Source: Ranitomeya imitator
Taxonomy: Eukaryota
Length of the DNA stretch: 64,000 nt
Direction: 5' to 3'
NCBI RefSeq assembly: GCF_032444005.1
Contig: NC_091282.1
Location: 476,284,001 to 476,348,000, forward strand
The notes below the pieces were generated by a model. That model saw only the letters and a program-made list of their open reading frames with translations. It ran no database searches and was not told the origin of the DNA. Position numbers and translations under genes: made by a program. Below are positions 12,084 through 22,490 of the stretch, one piece after another (the first letter of the stretch is position 1; each line of letters begins with the position of its first letter).

Positions 12084-12538
12084 AAAAAATATTTCTTTTT
12101 GTTTTGCTGTTTACTCAACAATATGTATGTTATGCTTTCGTGTCCACAATGTAAATTTGCGAGTAGGTCACTGTCTTTTCTGTAATAAAATTAAATTGTA
12201 TTTATTTCTCCCGTTATTGTTGATTGTTCATTTTAGATACTACGTTATAGCGGTCGGTCTATATTGCATTCCAAAGTCAAATGTTGACTTCCTTCCATTC
12301 CAAGCTCTGCCATGCACACAAACAAAGGTGTACCCACACAGAATCGTATTTTCAATCATATAAACCTCTGTAAATGACTTAAAATGTGATGAGATGCCTA
12401 AAAAATAGTGTTGTAAACCCTTATAGCTCCATAAACATTAAATAATGAGAATTTTTGTTTTTTAGATAACAATTTCTTTATATGTAACAATCTAACTCCA
12501 AAATATAACATAACAAAAAAAACAATAAAAAAGAAAAA

Positions 12539-14235
12539 TTATCTTCTTCCACGGCCCAACAGGTGTCGCAGCATCACGCCCTGCTGCTCAACTTGAGCCT
12601 GGAGGAGCGCTGCTGTCTGCTGCAGGAGCGCTGCTGTACGCTCCAGGCGCAGTTGTCTGGCCAGGAGCTCTCTCACGGTGGGCGGTTCTGTGGATAGAAG
12701 AGGTTGGAGAACTGATGGTGATTCCGCTGAAAATACCTATCGACCTCTGTTGCTGGACCAAATTGAGTGTGTTGTAAATTTCTATTTGGTCCGGGCACAC
12801 AGGGCTTTTTTTTTTTTAAATTAAATTTTACAGTTTTTGTTGTCAATTGTGACATTCCACCGAGATATCCACTCGTATTATCTTAATACTTACGGAGAAG
12901 GGATGCCGGTTCTTCATTGCCAGAACCAGTACTGCTTATTTCCCATCCATGACATCTGGCCACTGCTGCTAAAAGGAAATAATAACAGATCTGTTTAACT
13001 ATGGAACACGCCGTTGCAAAGCGCTCGCTGTTTTTGTCACTTACGTATGGTAGCTTCTGGGGAGAAGGCCGCCGACCCGGGGGAGGAAAATGAGGGCCGG
13101 AAGGGAGGTGTTGAGGGTGGTGTTGGGGTGCGAGGCCGCATGGTCAATAAACATGTTGAGGTCCCGGGCTCTGGGCTGCCGCTGGTGGCGGATGAAGGAG
13201 AGCTTGTCTCAATGAGAGGTGCCTGTTGCCGGCGCCTTCTCTCTACACATAAATGAAACAAACAAAATGTTTAGACATTTCTATACTGTATGTTGTAAAC
13301 CAAGTGCAGAGCAAAGGGAATCATTTAAACCAATACGGTTCCTGCTTTAATTAGTCCTAAAATTCAAAGGGAATGAACGCTGTGTTCTGATCGTGTTTTG
13401 CAGCAGCATTTGGAGAAGTTGTAACAGAGAAGCTTGTCTTTTATATGTGTAGTACTGTGTGTGCTCCATATTGTGTGTTCCGTACGATGTGTACGTGGTA
13501 CTGTGTGTGGCACGGTGTGTACGTCGTTGTGTGTGCGGCGCTGTGTGTGCTCCGTATTATGTGCGACACGGTGTGTATGCCGCAGTACTAGAAGAGCATC
13601 ACGGCTGTGCGCGTCTACTGATTAGCTGCCATTATTTCTCCTCCGGGCACTGTGCGCGCAGGATAATGTATACAATATGTACGCTACACTGTTATGTCAC
13701 CTATGCTATAATTACATTTCTATGAGTGATGGTACACTTACGTGAGGTCCTGGGCTGTGGCCTGCTGCTGTTGGTGGATGAAGGAGAACTGGCAGCAATG
13801 GCAGGTCTGTGTTGCTGTCGCCTTCTCTCTACAGATAAATGAAAGAAAAGCAATGTTTTAAAAACAAAGAACAGGGATTCCAGAGCCCCCCCCCAAAAAA
13901 AAATAGCCCGCAGGCCTACCTCCTCATAAAAGCGTGCATCGCCCAATTCCCCCATACTGGTACTTGCCTCGCCTTGTCTCCGCACGCAACTCAGCAAGAA
14001 GGTGTGGATTTTTGTGTCGGAGGTCGGCCCATTTCTTACGCAACTGCTGCGCACTCCGGCGGACGCCAAACCTCCTATCCAGCATTTGGACAATGCGACG
14101 CAGCACCTCCTGCTTATGTTGGTTCGGGTGTGCTGGGAGAGTCTTCTGGCACTCATAATCAAGTGCATCCATGCGATGTACCAAAAACCGGAGCTCGGTG
14201 TGCCCCAAAGGGGCAGATCTCTGTCTTCCAGCCAT
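12539..14235 (-). CDS. Harbinger accessory gene 1: Myb/SANT-like DNA-binding + C-terminal coiled coil, 5 exons, 258 aa, apparently intact
   Basis: Exons 14235-13968 (GC donor GAG|GCAAGT), 13828-13742, 13242-13045, 12968-12894 and 12687-12539. All introns are phase 1 and the frame is open from MAGRQRS to LLGRGRR*. N-terminus contains ELRFLV...RSAQQLRKKWADLR; last exon reads VRELLARQLRLERTAALLQQTAALLQAQVEQQ. Confidence 0.8.
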
Positions 14236-14520
14236 TACAGATAAAAAGACGCTATAAAGCAGCACCTAACCACACCCAGAGGAAGTCCTTAACTGTGCAG
14301 TTCTCCCGCGCGATCCGCATCGCTATAGCGTTGCCGTTTATGGACAGCGTCACATTTGTGACGGCTGAGCGCTACAGAAGGAACGCACATAGTAAATGAC
14401 GTTCGAACGATGAAGATATAACGCCGGTGCGGCACGTAATGTGCGCTCGTGGTATATGACGGCGTGATGACGTTACAGCGTTCCTGCGCTACCTTGCTTT
14501 GCTTCCCTGACATCCTTAAA

Positions 14521-17500
14521 ATGGCTGCCAGGCGACGTGATCCTCCTATGGGTGTCCCAGAGCTAAAGTTCATGATTACCACTATGGATCAGATGCAGTA
14601 TGAAACCACAGGGCTGGTGCTGCACCGCAACCAGCACAAGGATGAAGTCGTACGTGTGGTGTCTGAGGGCCTCAGGAAGCAGTTTGGGATAACAAGAAGT
14701 AAGGCCCAGATTGTGAAGAAATGGGGAGATCTTAAATCAAAAAGCCCAGCGCGCCTGCAGGAGCTTCGCCGTGAGATCCGCAGTGGTGAGTACGCAGGTA
14801 CCCAAAAGTATTGCACGGCGAAGGGTTAATTGGGTGTGTATGTGGTGTGTATGTGGCCCTGCTATGGTGCAATAATGAAAGGAGCAGAGCACTATGTGGC
14901 CCTGCTATGGTGCAATAATGAATGGTGCAGAGCACTATGTGGCCCTGCTATGGTGCAAAAATGAACGGTGCAGAGCACTATGTGGCCCTGCTACGGTGCA
15001 ATAATGAATGGTGCCGAGCACTATGTGGCCCTGCTATGGTGCAATAATGAACGGTGCAGAGCAGTATGTGGCCCTGCTGTGGTGCAATAATGAATGGTGC
15101 CGAGCACTATGTGGCCCTGCTGTGTTGCAACAATGAAAGGTGCAGAGCACTATGTGGCCCTGCTATGGTGCAATAATGAATGGTGCAGAGCACTATGTGG
15201 CCCTGCTATGGTGCAACAATGAAAGGTGCAGAGCACTATGTGGCCCTGCTATGGTGCAATAATGAATGGTGCAGAGCACTATGTGGCCCTGCTATGGTGC
15301 AATAATGAAAGGTGCAGAGCACTATGTGGCCCTGCTGTGTTGCAACAATGAAAGGTGCAGAGCACTATGTGGCCCTGCTATGGTGCAATAATGAATGGTG
15401 CAGAGCACTATGTGGCCCTGCTGTGGTGCAATAATGAATGGTGCCGAGCACTATGTGGCCCTGCTGTGTTGCAACAATGAAAGGTGCAGAGCACTATGTG
15501 GCCCTGCTATGGTGCAATAATGAATGGTGCAGAGCACTATGTGGCCCTGCTATGGTGCAACAATGAAAGGTGCAGAGCACTATGTGGCCCTGCTATGGTG
15601 CAATAATGAATGGTGCAGAGCACTATGTGGCCCTGCTATGGTGCAATAATGAAAGGTGCAGAGCACTATGTGGCCCTGCTGTGTTGCAACAATGAAAGGT
15701 GCAGAGCACTATGTGGCCCTGCTATGGTGCAATAATGAATGGTGCAGAGCACTATGTGGCCCTGCTGTGGTGCAATAATGAATGGTGCAGAGCACTATGT
15801 GGCCCTGCTGTGTTGCAACAATGAAAGGTGCAGAGCACTATGTGGCCCTGCTATGGTGCAATAATGAATGGTGCAGAGCACTATGTGGCCCTGCTATGGT
15901 GCAACAATGAAAGGTGCAGAGCACTATGTGGCCCTGCTATGGTAAAATATCACTGTTGCCATATCTGCTGATCGAACGTTATTTTTTCCTTCACAGACGC
16001 AAAGACACACCGACGCCGCCACGAGGCATCCCACACCGCCTCAGATATCGCTGTGCCCTCCGGGTCAACGGCTCAACAACCCAGTAGGTTCACCCAATAA
16101 TGTGATTAGGATTTGTTGTAAGGTCCCCTCTACCCCCCCTCCACCTGCAGTCACTGTTGCCATTTATGTAAAAAAAATTTTTTTATTTTTTCCCCTCACA
16201 GAGGCAACGACACAGCGCTGCAGCCACGAGGCTTCCCACCCCGCCTCAGATGTCCGTGCGCCCTCTGGGTCAACGGCTCAACAACCCAGTAGGTTCACCC
16301 AATAATGTGATTAGGATTTGTTGTAAGGTCCCCTCTCCCCCCCCCCACCTGCAGTCACTGTTGCCATTTATGTAAAAAAAAATTTTTTTATGTAAAAAAT
16401 TTTTTTTTATTTTTTCCCTTCACAGAGGCAAAGACACAGCGCCGCCGTCGAGTTTACCAGGCCTTTGACACGGACTCTGATCCAGAGTTGCCCTCCGTGC
16501 CTACAGATCCTAGTAGGTTCCCACAATAATGTGATTAGGTTTTGGTGGCAGGTCCCCTCTTCCCCCCCCCCCCCACCTGCAGTGACTGTTGCCATTTATG
16601 TAAAAAAAATTTTTTTTTCCCTCACAGAGGCAACGACACAGCGCCGCAGCCACGAGGCTTCCCACCCCGCCTCACATGTCCGTGCGCCCTCTGGGTCAAC
16701 GGCTCAACAACCCAGTAGGTTCCCACAATAATGTGTTCCGGATTTGGTGGCAGGTCCCCTTCCCCCCCCCCACAACTGCAGTCACTGTTGGCATTTATGT
16801 TAAAAAAAAAAAAAATGTTTCCCTTCACAGAGGCAAAGACCAAGCGCCGCAGCCATGAGGCTTCCCACCCCGCCTCACATGTCCGTGCGCCCTCTGGGTC
16901 AACGGCTGAACAACCTAGTAGGTTCCCACAATAATGTGTTCAGGATTTGGTGGCAGGTCCCCTCTTCCCCCCCCCCCCCACAACTGCAGTCAATGTTGGC
17001 ATTTATGTTAAAAAAAAAAAATTTTTTCCCTTCACAGAGGCAAAGACACAGCGCCGCAGCCACGAGGCTTCCCACCCCGCCTCACATGTCCGTGCGCCCT
17101 CTGGGTCAACGGCTGAACAACCTAGTAGGTTCCCACAATAATGTGTTGAGGATTTGGTGGCAGGTCCCCTCTCCCCCCCCCCCCCACAACTGCAGTCACT
17201 GTTGGCATTTATGTAAAAAAAAAAAAAAAAAAAAAAAAAATTTCCCTTCACAGAGGCAAAGACAGCGCCGCAGCCACGAGGCTTCCCACCCCGCCTCACA
17301 TGTCCGTGCGCCCTCTGGGTCAACGGCTGAACAACCTAGTAGGTTCCCACAATAATGTGATTAGAAATTGGTGGCAGGTCCCCTCTTCCCCCCCCCCTCA
17401 ACTGCAGTCACTGTTGCCATTTATGTTAAATATTTTTTTGTTTTTTTCCCTTCACAGAGGCAAAGAAACAGCGCAGCCACCCCGAGGCATCCCAGTCACC

Positions 17501-17908
17501 GCAGTACTGGCCCCCTGATGCTCTTCCGGAGAATATGACCCCAGACGAGGTCTTGCCACGTAAGTTTTTCCAACTCGCTTAAGATTGTCACTCACTGCAT
17601 CTCTCTATGTAACCCTGTACATCAAGGGCCGTTTCAGAGCCTTCCGCCGCCTCAGATGTTTCATTCATCCTTTACGCTATTATGGGGAAGTGATCACAGC
17701 CCACTATCTGGATAATACTGTGGTATTAATGTTATGTTTTTATGCTTTCTCAACAACAGCAGCCGGCAGTGTGACCATCGTAGATGTTAAAGCCAGGATT
17801 GAAAGGCTGTGCGTGACTCTGGCGCAGATTCAGGAGCAGCAGAATCTGGCAATCGGAGAGTTGATTAAGATTAAAGACATGTGCCAACTGTTGGAGGCGG
17901 GACAATAA
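14521..17908 (+). CDS. Harbinger accessory gene 2: Myb/SANT-like + tandem 87-nt cassette exons + coiled coil
   Basis: Exon 1 is 14521-14785 (G|GTGAGT). Cassette exons are 15997-16083, 16202-16288, 16426-16512, 16628-16714, 16831-16917, 17038-17124 and 17254-17338 (85 nt, frameshifted). Then 17458-17559 and last exon 17760-17908. 345 aa if the 85-nt copy is skipped. Confidence 0.75.
14851..15943. repeat. 43-bp minisatellite, ~25 copies, in intron 1 of accessory gene 2
   Basis: Unit gcagagcactatgtggccctgctatggtgcaataatgaatggt. The variant pattern repeats at a 344-bp (8-unit) offset, e.g. 15121 vs 15465. Confidence 0.95.
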
Positions 17909-18157
17909 TACATATTAATACCGGGTTAAAAATTTTTTTGTTGTTACATTAAAAAAATTTAGTTAAACTATGATTCATTTTTTTTGTATTAGTTAAATGT
18001 ACATGACTTTGTTACGTTAATTTGTGCCCTCATACAGTGCTGTGATCGAGACACACCAATCAAACAGTCGTGATAGAATTTCAAAGAAAAGCTTTTATTT
18101 AACACATTATGTTAACAAGACAATAAAAAAAAAAGTAATGTAAAATAAGTTAGGAAA

Positions 18158-18402
18158 TCACAAATCGTGATACGCCGATTCTTCCGGCTGATAACTTGGG
18201 TGCCTGATGGGCGAAGCCATATGTGAAGGTATTGGCGTGTAGGAGTTAGGGGGTGGCTGGCCGAAGTGGGAAACGGGAACATTGTGTCGCATTGGTGTCT
18301 GACACTGTGACCAACCATTATAATATGAGGGCTCTGTCCGCTGCATTGGCCGGGAAGAGACCAAACGAGTGTGCTCGTCCAAATTGCCATCTGTACCCTT
18401 GT
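18158..18402 (-). pseudogene. Orphan 3' fragment of the MADF gene left by internal duplication
   Basis: Nine differences in ~250 nt versus 19978-20237. It reads ...EHTRLVSSRPMQRTEPSYY...EESAYHDL* and is cut at 18402, where sequence homologous to 14433 resumes. Confidence 0.85.
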
Positions 18403-18498
18403 CACGTAATGTACGCTCGTGGTCTATGACGGCGTGATGACGTTACAGCGTTCCGGCGTGCCTGCGCTAGCTTGCTTTGGTTCCCTGACATCTTGATA

Positions 18499-19763
18499 AT
18501 GGCTGCCAGTCGCCGTGATCCTCCTATGGGCATCCCAGAGCTCAAGTTCCTTATTGGAACAATGGATCGGATGCAGTACGAGACAACTGGGCTGGTGCTG
18601 CACCGCAACCAGCACAAGGATGAAGTTGTCCGTGTGGTGTCTGAGGGCCTCAGGAAGCGGTTTGGGATAACTCGCAGCAAGGCCCAGATTGTGAAAAAAT
18701 GGGGCGATCTCAAGTCCAAAAGCCCAGAGCGCCTGCAGGAGCTTCGCAAGGAGATTCGCAGAGGTCAGTACGCAGGTACCCAAAAGTATGTGGCACAGCT
18801 ATGGGGCAGTTTGAACGTTGCAGAGCCACTATGTGCCACAGCTATGGGGCAGTATAAACGTTGCAGAGCCACTATGTGCCACAGCTTGAACGTTGCAGAG
18901 CCACTATGTGGCACAGATATGGGACAGTTTGAACGTTGCAGAGCCACTATGTGCCACAGCTATGGGGCAGTATGAACGTTGCAGAGCCACTATGCGGCAC
19001 AGCTATGGGACAGTTTGAACGTTGCAGAGCCACTATGTGCCACAGCTATGGGACAGTATGAACGGTGAAAAGTACTATGTGGCACAGCTAACTGCAGACC
19101 TACCTTTTTTTTTTCCTTCACAGAGGCAAAGACACAGCACCACCGCCGCCACGAGGCATCCCGCACAGCCTCTTCTGGATCTGTGCCCTCTGGGTCAACT
19201 CCTCCAGATCCTAGTAGGTTCCCACAATTATGTGATTTGGATTCAGTTGCAGGTCCCCTCTTCCCCCCCCCTCCCCCGGCAGCCAGTGTTGCCATATATG
19301 CTAACAGACCTTTTTTTTTTTTTTTCCCTTCACAGAGGCAAAGAGACAGCGCCGCCGCCGACAGCACGAGGCATTCAACATGGACTCTGATCCCGAAGTG
19401 CCCTCCGTGCTTCAACATCCTAGTAGGTTCCCACAATAAAGTTATTTTGATTTTGTGGCAGGCCCACTCTTTCACCCCCAACCCAAACACCACCCCCCCC
19501 CCCAAGTCAGTATTGCCTTATATGCTGACTGTTTTTTTTTCTTTTTTCCTTCACAGAAGCAAAGACACATCGGGAGACTACAGAGTTATTAATGTTATGT
19601 TTTTTGACCCACAGCTGTCGTCAGTGTGAACAAGGAGGATCTTGAAGCCGGCATAGAAAGGCTTATCCACACTATGGCGCGGATTCAGGAGCAGCACAAT
19701 GTGGCAATGGAGGAGCTGCAGAAGCTTTGGGACATGTGCCAGCAGTTGGAGGCGGGCCAATAA
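18499..19763 (+). CDS. Harbinger accessory gene 3: paralog of gene 2, 4 exons, 196 aa
   Basis: Exons 18499-18763 (G|GTCAGT), 19124-19213, 19336-19422 and 19615-19763, all phase 1 and in frame. A vestigial cassette start lies at 19557. Confidence 0.75.
18786..19090. repeat. 43-bp minisatellite, ~7 copies, homologous to 14851-15943
   Basis: Unit gcagagccactatgtgccacagctatggggcagtatgaacgtt. It aligns to the gene-2 intron unit with compensating 1-bp indels. Confidence 0.85.
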
Positions 19764-19992
19764 TACATTTTTGGTTGTTACATTAAAAATATTTAGTTAA
19801 ACTATGATTCCATTTTTTTTGTATTAGTTAACTGTACATGAATTTGTTACGTTAATTTGTGCCCTCATACAGTGCTGTGATCGAGACACACCAATCAAAC
19901 AGTCGTGATAGAATTTCTAATAAAAGCTTTTATTTGAAACATTATTTTAACAAGACAATAAAATAAAAAGTAATGTAAAAGAAGTTAGGAAA

Positions 19993-20902
19993 TCACAAAT
20001 TGTGATACGACGATTCTTCCGGCTGATAACTTTGGTGCCTGATGGGCGAAGCCATATGTGAAGGTATTGGCGTGTAGGAGTTAGGGGGTGGCTGGACGAA
20101 GTGGGAAACGGGAACATTGTGTTGCATTGGTGTCTGACACTGTGACCAACCATTGTAATATGAGGGCTCTGTCCGCTGCATTGGCCGGGAATAGACCAAA
20201 CGAGTGTGCTTGTCCAAATCGCCATCTGTACCCTTGTTTACTGCTTCCAATATTAGACGCTCCGCTAGTGTTCTTTGGCTGTCGTCCATTTTGGCCAGTT
20301 TGTCAACAACATAGTGTCCAAACCCCTGCAACGCAGGGCTAACATTGTTTGTTAACACCTTTTTTGCAAGGCTCAACAGTTCATGTGAAACGTTTGAGGT
20401 GGCTTTCCGTTTCCTTGGACCTTGCCTCGATTGAGTCCTGGCAGGTGCCGCCTCCACTAAATCTGTTGTCGTGCAGTCCTGTGAACAGTCCAGTGTACTG
20501 TCCTGCGCACTGTCATCCTGGGGGAAAAAAAAAAAAAACAAGTTACGAACCTGGCAACAAAAAGTTTGACCACCATAACCGCATCCAAACTATATATTCG
20601 TAGTAGGTAAAAAAAGGTTGTAATATATTTTAAGCTTAGTAATATTCTTTAACCTTCCCATTTATTTAATACTTTTAACTACACTGTTCTGACTGCTAGG
20701 GGAACCTGATTAATATTTTATAGTCTAAATAGTCTCAACAAGAGTACATCGGCAGCTTGAAGCGATACTATTTTCTATAGTGGCACGGTGGCACGGTGGC
20801 GCAGTGGTTAGCACAGCAGCCTTGCAGCGCTGGAGTCCTGGGTTCAAACCCCACCAAGGACAACATCTGCAAAGAGTTTGTATGTTCTCTCCGTGTTTGC
20901 GT

Positions 20903-20933
<31 letters not shown>

Positions 20934-21694
20934 ACATTCCAAAGACATACTGATAGGGAATTTAGATTGTGAGCCCCATCGGGGACAGCAATGATAATGT
21001 GTGCAAAATGTAAAGCGCTGCGGAATATGTTAGCGCTATATAAAAATAAAGATTATTATTATATTGCTTAGATGGTATGGTTTAGAAATATCGCCATTTC
21101 ATACATATTATGTTCCCCATATAATACTTTACTGCGACAGGGTTACTTATGTGGACATGTTTTTGTAATAACTTCAAACTGATGTGATAATCAGAAGTAT
21201 AAAACATAAAATGCAGAGAAAAATTATGTAATTATAGGACACATTGGTGAACTTTCGTCCAAAGAGCTACTTACTTGTTGCCCTTGTGACTCCTGCTCGG
21301 CGTGGTTCTCCGAAACAATTTGTTCCACAGGTGCCAACAAGCGAAAACACGTGGAAGTCCGTGGCACCTCTTGGTCCCTCAGAAAATTCAGATGTTCAAA
21401 ATACCAAAGCTTTGGCACATAAACATCTTCGGTGGAAGCCCCGGACTTTGTAGTGTGAAGAACCTTGTTAAGCTCCTTCCTCCACACCGTGCGGAGCGCC
21501 TGAATTTTCTTTTTAATAACCGCTTTGTTTGCTGGCTCTTCTGGTGCATGACGATTGTAAAGCTCAATGAGCTTTAAATAACCCTCCTGCCTCTTTTCCC
21601 TGTTACAATACTCTGGAGATTTGATTTTCCAGAGGCAGGGAAAAGACTGGTATATTTCGATGAATTCCCTGATGAATTCCACACGATTTGACAT
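19993..21694 (-). CDS. Harbinger accessory gene 4: MADF-domain protein with BESS-like C-terminal motif, 2 coding exons, 314 aa
   Basis: Exon 21694-21275 (FIEIYQSFPCLWKIKSPEYCNREKRQEGY...KKKIQALRTVWRKEL...YVPKLWYFEHLNFL; CAA|GTAAGT) and exon 20517-19993 (after poly-T cccccag; FGHYVVDKLAKMDDSQRTLAERLILEAV). Phase 0, frame open. Confidence 0.85.
20782..21062 (+). mobile_element. tRNA-derived V-SINE in the MADF gene intron
   Basis: A box ggtggcgcagtggttagc, B box gggttcaaaccc, V-domain gagtttgtatgttctctccgtgtttgcgtgggtttcctccgggcactccggtttcctcccacattccaaagacat, and an (ATT)n tail. Confidence 0.85.
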
Positions 21695-21819
21695 CTGAAA
21701 AATAATTATAAAAAAAAAAAAAATTACACGGTTGACAAAGAGTCCTTTAAACAATACTTTTGCCAGTGTGCCAAACGCTTAACAACAACAGCCACACAAA
21801 GAGCTCATGCCTACCATCC

Positions 21820-22490
21820 ATTGTTCCATCTGCCACGCCATAGGCCACCATAACCCAAAACAGTGTACCGCCTGCTTCACTACAGCAGCCACACAAATCG
21901 CTCATGGTGACCATACATTGTACCATCTGCCACGCTGTAGCTCACCAGACACAACCAGTCACAACAGCGTACCATCCGCATCGCTTCAGCGGCGGAACGA
22001 AGCGGTCATGCCGACCAAACAGCGTTCCATCTACCACGCTCTAGCCCACCAGTCACAACCAGTCACAACAGCGTACCATCCACATCGCTTCAGCGGCGGA
22101 ACGAAGCGGTCATGCCGACCAAACAGCGTTCCATCTACCACGCTCTAGCCCACCAGTCACAACCAGTCACAACAGCGTAACATCCGCATCGCTTGTTTCA
22201 TCTGCCACACCATAGGCCACCATAACCCAGAACAGTGTACCGCCCGCTTCCATACAGCAGCCACACAAAGCGCTCATGGTGACCATACATTGTACCATCT
22301 GCCATGCTGTAGCTCACCAGACACAACCAGTCACAACAGCGTACCATCCGCATCGCTTCAGCGGCGGAACGAAGCGGTCATGCAGACCAAACAGCGTTCC
22401 ATCTACCACGCTCTAGCCCACCAGTCACAACCAGTCACAACAGCGTACCATCCGCATCGCTTCAGCGACGGAACGAAGCGCTCATGACGA
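21820..22490. repeat. Nested direct repeats in the right subterminal region of the Harbinger element
   Basis: A ~370-bp duplication (21821 vs ~22194) containing ~100-bp units cagcgtaccatccgcatcgcttcagcggcggaacgaagcgg...cagtcacaaccagtcacaa. Confidence 0.85.

Noticed and set aside
12690-12760. Alternative acceptor at ~12753 for accessory gene 1
   Set aside because: It leads to a stop (NRPP*) before the coiled coil. The acceptor at 12688 has the better pyrimidine tract and gives the same 149-nt exon as the paralogs.
14851-15943. CRISPR-like appearance of 43-bp repeats
   Set aside because: Head-to-tail units with no unique spacers, no cas genes, and a eukaryotic intron context.
20782-20860. tRNA gene
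   Set aside because: The A and B boxes continue into a V-domain and an ATT tail, so this is a SINE head rather than a tRNA.
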